Shown here: positions 1-13,569 of the stretch, piece by piece
How positions within the stretch are numbered: the first letter of the stretch is position 1
How the letters are laid out: every line of letters starts with the position of its first letter
The notes under the pieces: model-generated
Told to the model about the DNA's origin: nothing
The model's database searches: none
The model's input: the letters and a program-made list of their open reading frames with translations, nothing else
Translations under genes and position numbers: made by a program
NCBI GenBank assembly: GCA_951406725.2
Contig: OX597833.1
Span: forward strand, 33,666,001-33,730,000
Length of the DNA: 64,000 nucleotides
Direction: 5' to 3'
From: Octopus vulgaris
Taxonomy: Eukaryota

Positions 1-19
1 TTAACATGTTTTCAGAAGC

Positions 20-712
20 GCAGTTTATTGCCCAATGATTAAAGTGTACTCTTAAATGGGCCAGTTATGCTTCACTGGCATAGGCCATAGTTATGGTCCC
101 ACTTGGCTTCTCAAGCACAGCATATCTCCAAAAGTCTAGGTCACTTATCACCTCCATGACGCCCAGTGTTCAAAGGTCGTGCTTCACTACCTCATCCCAG
201 GTCTACCTCTTCCACAGGTTCCCTCTACTACTAGGGTGTGACACTTTTTCATACAGCAGTCATCCTCCATATGCAACACATGACCATACCAGCGCACTCG
301 TCTCTTTTGCACACCACATCTGATGCTTCTTATGTCCAACTTTTCTTTCAGGGTGCTTACACTCTTTCGTGTATGCACACTGACATTACACATCCAGCAG
401 AGCATACTATCTTCATTCCTTATAAGCATGTCCTCAGCAGTCATGTCCCATGTTTCACTGCTATGTAGCATGGCTGCTCGCACACATGCATTATGCAGTC
501 TACCTTTTACTCTGAGTGAGAGGCCCTTTGTTACCAGCAGAGGTAGGATCTCTCTGAACTTTGGCCAGGCTATTCTTATTCTAGCAGCTACACTCTCAGA
601 GCATCCAGCTCTGCTACTGACTTGGTCGCCTAGGTAATGGGAGCTATCAACTACTTCTAGTTTTTCCCTCTGGCATATGACAGAAGCTGTTTTCTACCCA
701 TTTTCAGTATTT
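20..712 (-). mobile_element. RTE-clade LINE 3' fragment
   Basis: ORF 187..483 (MLHSSETW...RWYGHV...GRGRP) is the RTE ORF C-terminus, homologous to the copies at 2039 and 27689. Confidence 0.9.
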
Positions 713-804
713 ATATATATATATATATAAATATATGTAGGTCCCGGGTTGAGTCGGGGTTAACCACAGTAAATAAGGTACTCAATACATAGCAGAGTAA
801 ATTA

Positions 805-934
805 ATTTATTTTATAGACGGAGTTTCTACAGGACTAGAACTGTTTCATTCAAAAGAAATCATCAGGAAGCTTCCTGATGATTTCTTTTGAATGAAACAG
901 TTCTAGTCCTGTAGAAGCTCCTTCTATAAAATAA

Positions 935-936
<2 letters not shown>
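805..936. repeat. 132-bp near-perfect loopless palindrome
   Basis: Centred on AAG|CTT at 870/871, two mismatched pairs. Confidence 0.9.
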
Positions 937-969
<33 letters not shown>

Positions 970-1618
970 CATATGTACATACACACACACATATATCTCC
1001 CCCTCACCATTTTCTATCTGTCTGTCCCTCCCTCTCCCTCCTTTACTCTCTCTCGCTCACACGTAATCATCATCCATCGTTCCTTTCCTCACATGATCTT
1101 TCTTTTCCCTCAATCTCTTGTGCAGTTCGGATGTATTTGTACCTGTCTCCTCTCTTTTTCTCTTTTCAAAGCATCTTCTTCAAGCGTTCACCAATTTTAC
1201 CTCGACTGTGCCTAATGGCCCTCCTAGTTTGTATTCATGTCATTTGGTTTGTTGTATGTCCTATATTTGTTACTAACTTTCACCCTCTGCAAATCCCAAA
1301 TCCTCAATTTTTATACTGCAGTTCGCAGGAGCAACTGCTTTCAAAGTCTTATCTTGTTGTTTGAATGCTTGAAATAAGGAGTAGGACAGCCAACAACTGA
1401 TGAAGGGTCGTTTTTTATGTTACTTTGTTTTCCATTCATTTCTCTCGCTTTTTGCGTACCCAACATTATTTTCGTATTTCATGTTTATTGATACTTTTGT
1501 GACATACTGTATCAATATATGCATAGCTATATACATATATATATCTATGTATGTACAAATGTGTGTGTGTGTATATATATGTATGTATATATACATATAT
1601 ATACTATATATATATATA

Positions 1619-1846
1619 TCATCATCATCATCGTTTAACGTCCGTTTTCCGTGCTAGCACGGGTTGGACGGTTTCGACCGGGGTCTGGGGAGCTAGGGAC
1701 TGCCCCAGGCTCCAGTCTAGTCTGGCAGTGTTTCTACAGCTGGATGCCCTTCCTAACGCCAACCACTCCGCGAGTGTAGTGGGTGTTTTTTACGTGCCAC
1801 CTGCACAGGTGCCAGAGGGGTCTGGCATCGGCCACGTTCGGATGGT
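1619..1846 (-). mobile_element. RTE 3' UTR fragment with (GAT)n tail
   Basis: catcatc-gtttaacgtcc...ctggatgcccttcctaacgcc module; the same module is contiguous with RTE ORF at 30972-32195. Confidence 0.8.
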
Positions 1847-1966
1847 GACACACACACATATATATAGTAATAATAATAATAATATTAGGGAGTAAATCCA
1901 AACTTACAGGGAAAAATTAGTAGTTTTATCTCTAATTTAATATAATATATATATATATATATATAT

Positions 1967-3660
1967 AGTCAACTGCTACAAGGGTAAAGTGATACTCTAG
2001 ATAGAAATAACTACAGGGGTAATAAATTACTGGATCAGGTGATAAAGGTCACAGAGAGGGTCATAGCCCAACTCATTAGGGAGAGAGTCTGCTTAGATGA
2101 GATGCTGTTCGGTTTTGTTCTGGGTAGAAGCACCACTGATGCCATGTTCCTGGTTCAACAACTGCAGGAGAAATATCTAGCTAAAGATAAACCCCTCTAC
2201 TTAGCTTTCATGGACTTGGAGAAAGCCTTTGACAGGGTCCCCCGATCCCTTATCTGGTGGGCGATGCGGAAACTGGAGATTGACAAATGCTTAATAAGGG
2301 CTGTACAGGCCCTATACAGAGAGGCTGTTTGTAAAGTTACGATTGGCTACGAATATAGTGAAGAATTTTGGGTAGAAGTAGGGGTCCACCAATGTTCAGC
2401 CCTCAGTCCCCTTTTATTCATCGTAGTCCTCCAGGCAATAACAGAGGAATTCAAGACGGGTTGCCCCTGGGAGCTTCTCTATGCTGATGACCTGGCCCTC
2501 ATTGCAGAATCACTACCGGAACTAGAAAATAAATTTCGGGTGTGGAAGCTAGGTTTAGAATCAAAAGGCCTTAGAGTCAATGTAGCAAAGACCAAAGTTA
2601 TAGTAAGTAGGAAGGCAAACTCACCACACACCCCATCAGGTAGGTGGCCCTGCTCAATCTGTAGAAAAGGTGTAAGTAGAAGCTCCATAAGATATACCCA
2701 GTGTAAGCTATGGATGCATAAGAGGTGCAGCAACATGAAAGGAAAATTAACCAAGATAACTTTCATGTGCGGTAGATGCACAGGGGCAATAGACACCACA
2801 GATACTCAGAAAACAGATTCCATCACACTCCAGGGGAAGAAACTAGAAGTAGTTGATAGTTTCTGCTACCTAGGTGACCAAGTTAGTAGTTGGGGTGGAT
2901 GCTCAGAGAGTGTTACCAATAGAATAAGAATAGCCTGGGTAAAGTTCAGAAAGCTTCTACCCCTACTGGTGACAAAGGGTCTCTCGCTCAGAGTGAAAGC
3001 TAGATTGTATGATGCATGTGTGCAAACTGTCATACTTCACGGTAGTGAAACATGGGCTGTGACTGCAAGGGACATGCATAGGCTTGAAAGAAATGAAGCT
3101 AACATGATCAGCTGGATGTGTAATGTCAATGTGTACACACGACAGAGTGTAAGTGTCCTGAGAGAAATGCTGGACATAAGAAGCATTGGATGTAGCGTGC
3201 AAGAGAGACGTTTGCGCTGGTATGGTCATGTACTACTGATGGATGAGGAGAAATGTGTGAAGAAGTGCCACTCCTGGAAGGAATCCGGGGTAGAGGTAGA
3301 CCCAGGAAGACATAGGATGAGGTGGTCAAGCATGACCTTCGAACGTTGGGCCTCACAGAGGCAATGATGAAAGACCGAGATCTCTGGAGATATGCTGTGA
3401 CTGCGAAGACCCGACAAATAACATGAGATCATGGCTGTTTCCTGCACCAGCCTCACATAGCAGCCCCAGCCCATCCAAAGTACCTTGGATTGCAGGACGA
3501 CCTGCTGTGCTTACCTTGGATCGTAGGGTGACCTGCAGTGCTTGAGGAGACCTATTGAGTCAAGTACATCAACATCAAATAAAAATCAAATGGAAATTGT
3601 AGTTGTGATACCTGTGCTGGTGGCACGTAAAAAAAAAAAAGCAATATCCGAACGTGGCCA
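1967..3660 (+). mobile_element. RTE-clade LINE, 5'-truncated, RT ORF 2039..3367 plus partial 3' UTR
   Basis: RT motifs FMDLEKAFDRV, GVHQxSALSP, LYADD; Cys/His finger after the RT core; C-terminal frameshift. Confidence 0.95.
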
Positions 3661-3913
3661 AGGTTGTTTATGGAAGGCCAGCAGTCGCCCATGAATACCA
3701 GCCTCCCCCTCCACGCCACCAGTGTTTTCCAAGGTAAAAGCAAACGTCGATACAGCTTGGCACCTGTGATGTCGCAACTCATTTCTACAGCTGAGTGTAC
3801 TGGAGCAATGTGAAATAAAGTGTCTTGCTCAAAAACACAACACGCACCCCAGTCCGGGATTCGAACTCACGATCGTAGGCTCGACGCTCTAACCACAGAG
3901 CCATGCGCCTTCA
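3661..3913 (-). mobile_element. tRNA-derived SINE
   Basis: Minus strand starts tgaaggcgcatggctctgtggttagagc (A box) ... gttcgaatcc (B box); related copy at 33783-34335. Confidence 0.75.
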
Positions 3914-4515
3914 CGGTGGAGGGACAAACACACAAATATATACATATATATATATATTCAACAGGCTTCTTTCAGTTTCTGTCTACCAAATCCACTCACA
4001 AGGCTTTGTTCAGCCTGAGGCTATAGTAGAAGACAATTGCCCAAGGTGCCACACAGTGAAACTGAACCAGGAACCATGTGGTTGGGAAGCAAGCTTCTTA
4101 CCACACAGCTTATATTTGAGGTTCCAATGAAGCTATAAGGTGTTACTCACTGCACTCAACTGAGTCCACTGGATCTTTCAATTGGAACAGCTGTAAGCTA
4201 ATGAAGTCCATAAGATAATTGTTTATTCCTTTGCCATCTCATTTTCTTATATGTGAGTATGTGTAAATATATATGCATGTATTATTGTAATTTACAAGAA
4301 AAATTTTCATTCTAAACTATTCTTTAATATTATCTGTTACTCTTTGAAAATTTGTGCCAATTTTCATAAAACTGCTCTGAAAATCTTGTTTGAATACCAA
4401 ACTTTGCATATCAATCATTTGCAATTGATAAAACAGTACCAGTTGAATGACTAAAACTAGTAAAATGCGAAAATTCATGTAACAATTTCAGTGCATTTTT
4501 AAATAGCTAAAATAC

Positions 4516-4556
<41 letters not shown>

Positions 4557-4576
4557 GTTTTGTTTCTTTGCTATAG

Positions 4577-4735
4577 TTACATGGCCCAGATGCAAATATT
4601 CTCGCAAAGGATTTACTTACGGCTCTTGGACACGTGGAAGAGGTTACCGTATTGTGTCGACAAGAAGATCACCATTTCACAGAAGAAGCAAATAAGAAAT
4701 TGTCTAAATACCTTCAGACTGTTATCACAGAACTG
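4577..4735 (+). CDS. NCKIPSD: NCKIPSD/SPIN90-like gene, internal exon (first seen in window)
   Basis: ctatag acceptor, GTATG donor, 159 bp phase 0-0, open frame LHGPDANILAKDLL...KKLSKYLQTVITEL that splices in frame to 7766; only weak similarity to the SPIN90 segment before LTDADP. Confidence 0.65.
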
Positions 4736-4926
4736 GTATGTATATAATATATGTAATGTATATATATATGTAATTTATGTATAAGTTCACTTTCCAACCA
4801 CTTTTAGGTTCAGTCTCACAGTGTGATATCTTGGGCAAACATTTTCTACCATAGCCCTTGCCAACCAATGCCTTTTGAGTTAATCTGGTAGACAGAACCT
4901 ATGTGGAAGCCCATGATATATTTTTT

Positions 4927-5372
4927 TTTCTCTTTAGTTTTAGCTCAGAGCTATGGCCATGCTGATGCACCGCCGTTTTGCTATGCTGTTATTACTAAGA
5001 GCCTCCTCTAATATGTGGCACTTGATGAAGAATGGAGTTTGATATAGCTACCCTCATTTGCACCTCTTGCCGTGAGGTAGATTCATCTGGGACTCTCGAC
5101 AGGAGGAGGTCTGCTTTGATTTAAAAAGCTCTACATCTACTTTGTGCAAGTGCCTCAGACTCTTTGGGAGAATATTAAAAAGCTGTGGGCCCTTGAAACC
5201 CAGGCTGTTGCAATAACTGGTCCTGAACCGTGATGGTGTTGCTGGGATCTTTGGCACTATGCAGTGTTGTCCCGTTCTAGCATTGGTGTAGCTTTTAATG
5301 CCAAAATTTGGCATAATTCCTTCCAGGATCTTCCAGATATATATTACTGCATACCTCTCCCGTCTTCTGTCC
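4927..5372 (-). mobile_element. CR1/L2-like LINE 3' fragment
   Basis: RRRERYAVIYIWKILEGIMPN...GPQLFNILPKSLR is typical of CR1-group ORF2 ends; clade assignment from memory. Confidence 0.65.
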
Positions 5373-5819
5373 GGGGATGTATATATATATATAAATAATA
5401 AAAGATGGATAGATGTCAATTCATTACAGCTGTTTCCAATGAATATTTTAATTGATTAATGAGTACATTATATTTTTGTCAATAAAACTGTTTTCTTCAG
5501 ACGATATAATGTACTCTTTAATCAATTAAAAAATTCGTTGGAAACAGCTGTAATGAATTGACACCTATCCCTCGTTTGTTATTTCTCTATTTATGATTCA
5601 CCTCTCTTGGAACTGTATATTTAATAAAATGTGTGTTTCTGAATTAGCTGATGATATATTCAGTTAATTGTATACATAACCTGAATATCTTTCTGCCTGT
5701 ACTTTGGTACCTATGTTTCTATTTATCAGTAGCTGCTGTATATGCATTTTAATTCTGAACCAATCCAGTGCGTTGCCATTTAAGTGCCTTATTCACCTAA
5801 ATCTTAATAAATATGTGTG

Positions 5820-6980
5820 CATGCGTGTGTGTGTCTGTGTGCCATCCTGTCTGTGTTTGTCTTCCACCACCACTTGACAAGTAGTGTTAGTTTGTTTACA
5901 TCCCTGTAACTTAAAAGTTCAGCAAAAGAGAAAAAAAGTGACCGATAGAATAAGAAATACACTTAAAAAATAAGTACTGGGGTCAATTTATTTCACTAAA
6001 CCCTTCAAGGTAGTGCTGCAGCATGGCCACAGTATAATGACTGAAACAAGTAAAACATAAAAGATGCCTACAGTCTATGAATAATGTTTGGTGAAATCGT
6101 TTGTATGCCAGATAAAATGCTTAACAGGATTTCATCCGTCTTTATGTTTTAAGTTCAAATTCCACCAAGGCTATCTTTGTCTTTCATCCTTTCAGGGTCG
6201 ATGAAGTATCATTTAAGCACTGGGGTCAATGTAATCGACTAGGCCCCTGCCCCCAAATTTCACGCCTCGTTCTTCTAATAGAAAGTATTATTTTGTATAT
6301 TTGATAACTTTATTATTCAGTTCATTGAAGGCAATCAGCTGATAGTATTGTTATTGTGCCAGACAAAATGCTTAGCAGCAACCAAAAGCCACCAGCTTCA
6401 ACTTTGCCTTTCATCCTTTCAGGGTTGATGAAATATATACCAGTTAAGCACTGGGGTCAATATAATTGACTAACCCTTCCCACCAGAATTTCAGGCCTTG
6501 TGCCTATAGTAGAAAGGATTATTTAATTCATTGAATGTTTCATACAATGAAGGGGCAGGTTTTTCGCAAAGAAACAATGATTTATCATTCCAATTTGGAT
6601 GATAACCAAGGAAACAAGTGTTTAAGGATATAAATTTGAATTTACAATCTGAGGTATGTATGTATGTGTATACATACATGTCTATAATACTTGGTACACA
6701 CACAGTTATGTATACTCATGTATTGAGTTCTGTTTTTCTGGTTTCTTCCACCAAACCAATGATATATATGCAGCATATAAGGAAGTGAACTGGCAAAATT
6801 GTTAGCATGCCAGGTAAAATGCTTTGTGACATTTCATCCGAGTTCAAATTCTGCAGAGGCCATCTTTGCCTTTGATCCTTTCAGGGTCAATGAAATAAGT
6901 GCCAATTGAGCACAGGGGTTGATCTAATCAACTTGTCCCCTCCCACAAGACTGCTGGTCTTGTGCCAAAACTTGAACCAG
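5820..6980 (+). mobile_element. Cluster of cephalopod-type SINE fragments
   Basis: Recurring module gttcaaatt...tttgcctttcatcctttcagggtcgatgaaa...gcactggggtcaat at about 6150, 6400 and 6840, plus a gactgaaacaagtaaaa tail at about 6040. Confidence 0.7.
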
Positions 6981-7765
6981 TATATATGTAACATATACAA
7001 CACACACACACACATATATGCATAAACACACACAGATGGTGCATGAGAAGTCTAAAGTCTGAGATTGAAGTGTGAGACATCTCACCTCAATAATACCTCA
7101 GGAGAAGCTGCTGAATAACCATCTTTTCATAATAACAAATATATATATCCATGTACGTATGTGTGATTGTATGTATGTATATGTGTATGCATACATGTAT
7201 GTATGTATGTATACATGCATGTTTTTATGTATGTGTGTGTGCATGCACGTGTGTACCGGCCCTCAATACAGGTAAGGTTTATAGTATGTGTAGGCATGGC
7301 TGTATGGGGCAAGCTTTTGTTATTAGTAGACGATGTCATTCATCTACACAATGTTCTCTCATAACAAACATACAGAGGTTGAGGGAGAGGGTGAATGGTG
7401 TCGACTACTAATACCAAAAGACTACTGATGCCCTATATAACAGAAATTTACTTCCCAATGACATGCTTTTGAGCCTTTCTGCCTGGCAACTTGTCTTTTA
7501 CTGAGTGAATATGGTAAGAAGAAAACTACAGAAGCACACCTTGTGTTTGTGTGTGTGTATGCGTACTCATGCTTTCTTGTTTAGACATCATGTGATAATT
7601 GCACACGAGTGTCACTGTTACACTAGTATCATTCGTTTCCAACCATCCATGAAAACACTTCTGCTGTTGCCACCAATTGTGTTAAATTCACCCAAAATCA
7701 AAAGAAGAAACAAACAAAACGCTCATCTTTCATGTCTAACCAGAGTTATTTCCCTTGTGTTGCAG

Positions 7766-7855
7766 TTGGCATTGGATACCAAAGTCTCCATGTCTGCTCT
7801 GTCATCTAATAACTATGAAGCTGTAGAAATGTTGGTCTACTTGTCTGAGTGCCAG
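7766..7855 (+). CDS. NCKIPSD: NCKIPSD/SPIN90-like internal exon
   Basis: ttgcag acceptor, CAG|GTAAT donor, 90 bp; LALDTKVSMSALSSNNYEAVEMLVYLSECQ aligns by eye with SPIN90 LTDADPEVC...NEFESVLALVAYYQM. Confidence 0.8.
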
Positions 7856-8179
7856 GTAATCTCTTAATTATTACTACTGCTCTCTTGCCTTATATCCCCT
7901 TTCATTCACAGGTGAGTAACAAAAGAAGATTCATGAATTAAATATATGGTCTTGTATGTTGTGGGAAAATTGAAAAGTTCAGAGAATAAATTATATGATG
8001 TCATTTGCACGAATAGAAGTGGTTCATTTGAGCCAATGTTTTCACACAACCTGCTAGAAATAGTAGCCAAATCTCTCTTTCAAATTATACCTTGCTATTT
8101 TAAATATTAAAATTAAAAATGTTGAACTATGTTAGCACCTGATATATATATATATACACAAACATACATATATATATCA

Positions 8180-8448
8180 TTATCATCATCGTTTAACGTC
8201 CATTTTCCATGCTAGCATGAGTTGGACGGTTCGACCAGAGTCTGGGAAGCCAGGAGGCTGCACCAGGCTCCAGTCTGATCTGGCAGTGTTTCTACAGCTG
8301 GATACCCTTCCTAACGCCAACCACTCCGTGAGTGTAGTGGGCTGCTTTTTACATGCCACCGGCACAGGTGCCAGGAGAGGCTGGCAGTGGCCATGATCGG
8401 TTGGTGCTATTTACGTGCCACCAGCACAGAAGCCAGTCAAGGCGGCAC
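8180..8448 (-). mobile_element. RTE 3' UTR fragment
   Basis: Same gtttaacgtcc...ttacgtgccacc module as 1619. Confidence 0.75.
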
Positions 8449-8516
8449 GTATGTATATATATCTGTGTATATATGTATGTGTATATATGTATGTGTGTGT
8501 ATATATATGTATAAAT

Positions 8517-8568
<52 letters not shown>

Positions 8569-8619
8569 TGTGTGTGTGTGTGATATATATATATGCATGT
8601 ATATATATATATATGTATA

Positions 8620-8656
<37 letters not shown>

Positions 8657-10291
8657 GCATGTGTGTGTATATATATTTATATATATATAAAGGGTAAAAA
8701 TCATTAATGATTTTACCAGGGAGGCAGTGTGGAAATAGAAACCTCATAGAATTTTACAAATATTTTATAATTATATAGATAATTATAACAAGGGATTGGC
8801 TATAAGCCTCTCCATTTTAAGGTGGTAACAGTGTATTTCGGCGTCTATTTTTCCAGAGCGTGAAAAGGCTTATAAACCAATTGCTCATTATAATTATCAA
8901 TAATATTAATATACTAACTTTTCACTTTTCATTACCACATGAGGATAACATTGACTCTCAAATGGTTGAGTACTCCACAGACAGGCATAACATTAATGTA
9001 GTTCTCAGGGAGATTCAGCCTCACACAGAATATGCACCAACTAGCATCACCACCACACCAGCTGCTCCATCATTACACATCCACATTACACTTTTAAGAT
9101 GGGGAAACCAGTTATGGGCTCGCTGGATCTCTCTCAGCATACCAACAAACCACAAAATTGCACCAGCCAGCATCACCACTATCTCCAAGCCCGCCATATA
9201 TATATATGTATGTGTGTGTTTGTGTCTGTGATTGTCCCACCACCACCATTTGCTTGACAACTGATGTTGGTGCATTTGCGTCCCTGTAAGTTAGCTGTTC
9301 AGCAGAAGAGACTGATAGCACCAGGCTTACAGGGAATAAGTCTAGGGGTCAATTTCTTTGACTAAAGGGTGGTGCTCCAGTATGGCCACCATCAAGTGAC
9401 TGAAATAACCTGGCTCATTCCCCTGCTGCCACATTTGCCCCTACTTCTCCAACACCACCATCCTCACAGGCACCCATCATTGTCACCAACTCCTTTACTT
9501 GCCCTTCTAGCAACATCATTTACTGCATCTCTAACTCTTTCTGCCCTTCTCTGTACATTGGTCAAACGAGATGCTAGCAATAACACCTTGGTCTCATACC
9601 ATTTCTGCTCTACTGGTCTTTCACTACAACACCTGTCTGTGTTCAGATTGTCTTTACACTGGGACCATCCAGACTCCTGCCTCAACAGTGAACAGGAATT
9701 AATCTTCTCTCTTCATTCCTTTGCACCACATGGGGTCAACTACACTCCTCTTTTCATCTGACACCTACTTCCTCTCTTCACTCCTACCCACCTTCTCTCT
9801 TCATTGATACCCCTGCCACCCACATACCCCACCTCTACCACACCACTCCACACATACTAGCACTGACCACTTCCCAGCACCCACACCACACACCATCATC
9901 TGCACACCCACACATTACAGATGCACACTTACACACACACACATCCACACGTCAAAGTCACTATCCACACACACTTACACTTTCTCATACATACACACAC
10001 ACTTTCGTTTTGGGATCACCAATACTTTATTATCTCCCCTTCTTTCTATTTCTCCTGTCAAACCATCTTTTTTCCTAACCAGCTGCCATGATTGATTACT
10101 AAATCCACAATTTTTTTCTATTCTCTTTCTGTTTATTTTCTCTTTTCCCTTTCTGTTGAAGAGTGTAGGCTTGAAACATAAAAGACTTTCTCACTTTCCT
10201 GAGCATCAAACTAATACACCTGCTTGTTGTTCATACACCTGTTTTCTTTTTTTGTTTTTCTGTAAATTTCAACTATATATATATATGTATA

Positions 10292-12204
10292 CTAGCAGAA
10301 TCACTTGCCATTGACTGGGTTTAAAAAAGCTGCCAAAATTGTACTAGGAATATTGTAAGTTATTCACTTAGATTGTATTGCACATAGCTGGAAATGGAAC
10401 TTTTGGTGGGCATCGTAGGAAGGTGAAATAAATGTTGTTTGAGTTAGTCAGCTGGCAACACAGGAATCTGAAAGACATAGCTGTTGAGGAATGGTCATCA
10501 TAGTTATACTGATCTTATGGTTTTAGATGAAACTAAAGTTACATATGGATTGTAGTTAACCTGTAGGCTCAAGTGGAACCTCATTTTTGAAATAGAAGAG
10601 ATTCATAAAAATAGTTACACTAGAATGAAAGTAAATTGTGAAGTTGCATGAGGATGATCAAATGATTCTGCTTTGATGGGAGCAACAGCAGGTTTTCGGA
10701 CATAACTACAGATTCACCCCCACCTCGTTGTTGCATAACTTCCAGAAAGGTGGATACTTTTCCGCAAAATTTTCAATAAATCCACTTAGATACTGTACAT
10801 TCAGAATATACATGGATTTATGGGAAAGAATTATTTCAAGGGGGTGTGGAGAGGAGTTTCAGAAAATTTATACGACCCCATTTTTCCCCCCACATAACTT
10901 AGAGGAAAATGTGTATTTTTTAATGAAAGTTTATACAATTATCTTTGAAACTACATACATTATGATTATAAAGAAATTTGTAGGTAGAATGTTCTCTGAG
11001 GAGGGGGAGGAGAGGAGTTCTAAAAAAAAGACTGATTAAGAAGACCATATAAGTTAAAATTTTTTTTTTATTCCATTCTCACTATCCCCCTTCTGACTAC
11101 TTTTCAAGATTTTTTTTTTTTCACTTAAAACTATGGGAGGAGCCTTTTTAGTACTAAAACAAAAATTAAAAATATTTTCAAGGGAAAAACTGTGGCTTAA
11201 GGGAGATTTGGCTGTTGTGTCTAGCATATCCCAAGACCACCCTCCTCGTTTCCTTCTCACTCTCACATGTATATGTTTTTAAATATTTTTCTCCCCATAA
11301 GAACATTTATGCTATAAAAAACATTTGAAAATTTATGATTTTTTTCAACCCCACTTCTTTCTACTTACAATTTTAAATATTGGACAGACTGAGAAGGTCA
11401 TTTCTGGCATTTATCCACACTGATTAAAGAAAGGTGGGTGAGGGTATTTAAAAGATAGTTCGTTTTAATAGCGTACTTTTCTGTTACAAAATATTTTTCC
11501 TTACACACACAGGGCTCCTCAAGATTACCATTTCTTTGGTTGTTGTTGCTTATAATCCCACTAATGGACCATGTGCATGTTACTTATGCATCATAATTCC
11601 ATAAAATGTGCTTATGGGGGAAAAAAAAATTGAAAAACATCAAAACATATGATAGTGAAAACCAGGAAGATGGTCTTCTGATGTGCTAGAAACAACAGCC
11701 AGATTTCCCTTAAAATACACAATTTTTTCTCTGAAAATACTGACATTTTTTCCCTTTTTTTTTTTAACAAAGAGGCTCCTCACATGGTTTTTAGGTGCTT
11801 AAAAAATTGGCCATGACCAGCCTGAAGTGCAATGGTAAGGGGAAAGGGAAGTGAAAAATCATAAACTTTCAAAACTTTTTACTCGTAAGAAGATCCACAT
11901 TACCACCACCACCTCTCCCCCAATCATTTCCAAGACTATGGTGAAAACAAATGGGAAAATCACTGTCAAAATGGACAAATTCCAACTTGTGTGGTCTTTC
12001 TCATCTGAAACTCCGTTTTATCAAAACTCCTCCCCCCAGCCCCTCGGAAAACATTTTCCCACAAATTTCTTCATAATCATAATCTATGCCATTTGAAAGG
12101 TATTTCTATAAACTTTCATTACAACATAACCATTTTCGTGAAAGTTATGAGGCAAAAAAGTCGGGTCATGTGAAAACAAACTTTACTTCTTATAAGGACA
12201 GAGA
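10292..12204 (-). mobile_element. Non-autonomous Helitron-like element (decayed)
   Basis: Minus strand begins TC (12204) and ends ctgCTAG (10292) after a degenerate hairpin like that at 17703-17730; lies between A and T; internal inverted blocks about 11120-11330 and 11600-11800. Confidence 0.5.
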
Positions 12205-13569
12205 TAATAATGTGTGTGTGTGTATAACTGTAATACGCTGTATTACTTTATATTACTATAAGTATTACTTACTTTACTGGACAAAAGTAAGTTGATACAT
12301 TCCAATTATATCAGAATTTGTTGTGAAAATCATTTTCTGCACGTCAAGAGACCAGTTTCGGAAAACTGAACGATTCTGCTTTGATGGGAGCAGAAAACGG
12401 TTTGCTCAAGAAATTCCGATATAGGTTGAATCTACACCATTACAAGGATATCTATAGAGAATTTTATTTTAAAATATCTATCGTCCTTAAAGTGATGAAG
12501 AAACAAATTCAGTGGGGCACTCTTGTGTAGGTATGCCTTCTATGTAAAAAACATAGTCAAACACAGTATGCGAAGTGCTAGAAATAGGAGCCAACACACC
12601 ACCGACTCTCCCACTCCCATTCCGTTTTCAGGAAATAAATGCACAGTTATGTATGGAATGGTCAAATTAATTGAAATGACAAAAAATCTGAAATATCAAT
12701 TTGACCATAAAGGTACTAAATTTAGTTAACCTACTTAATAACTGTAATTTCATCCTCATGCAACTTCACAATTTACTTTCATTCTTGCGTTATTGTTTTC
12801 ATGACTCTCTTCTATTTCACAAACACGGTTCCACTTGATCCTACTGTATCACTACAATTTCATCCATATGTAACTTTACAATTCTGTTGTATCAACGGAC
12901 AGAGTCAAGAAAGACTATTGAAAAGGTTGCAAGATGCAACGAAAATTTTAGGAAAATAAAAATAAGAAATAAGTGGAAATTTTACCGGTGAGTGTGTTAA
13001 ATTATAAGGCACAAAAAGAAAATGACTCTCCCCAGACACAACAGAATATACCTCAACACACGAACTCATCTTGCAAAAAGAATCTTGCAAACCAAATCCT
13101 ATTTCTTTACTACCCACAACGGGCTAAACACAGAGAGGACAAACAAGGACAGACAAACGGATTAAGTCGATTATATTGACCCCAGTGCGTAACTGGTACT
13201 TATTTAATCGACCCCGAAAGGATGAAAGGCAAAGTCGACCTCAGCGGAATTTGAACTCAAAACGTAGCGGCAAACCAAATCCAAAAACGAAATAACTTTA
13301 CAATGTCAACTATAAAAACCAATGAAAAGGAGATAATAATGCACATTTAATTATCTCCCTTAGCCCGTTTATTTCGGAAAAAACAATGAAAGAAATATAA
13401 TCTACATTTAATTATCTCCCTTAGACCGTTGATTTATTTCGGATCTGCCTTGTGTCCAAGATGTTGGAAAATGGCAGGTAGCTCCAACAGGAGAACTCCT
13501 AGAGTTTGACCACTTCCATTGTCTTCGGTGTTAAATTTTACACAAGAATTAGCCATTGATTTTTATAAA

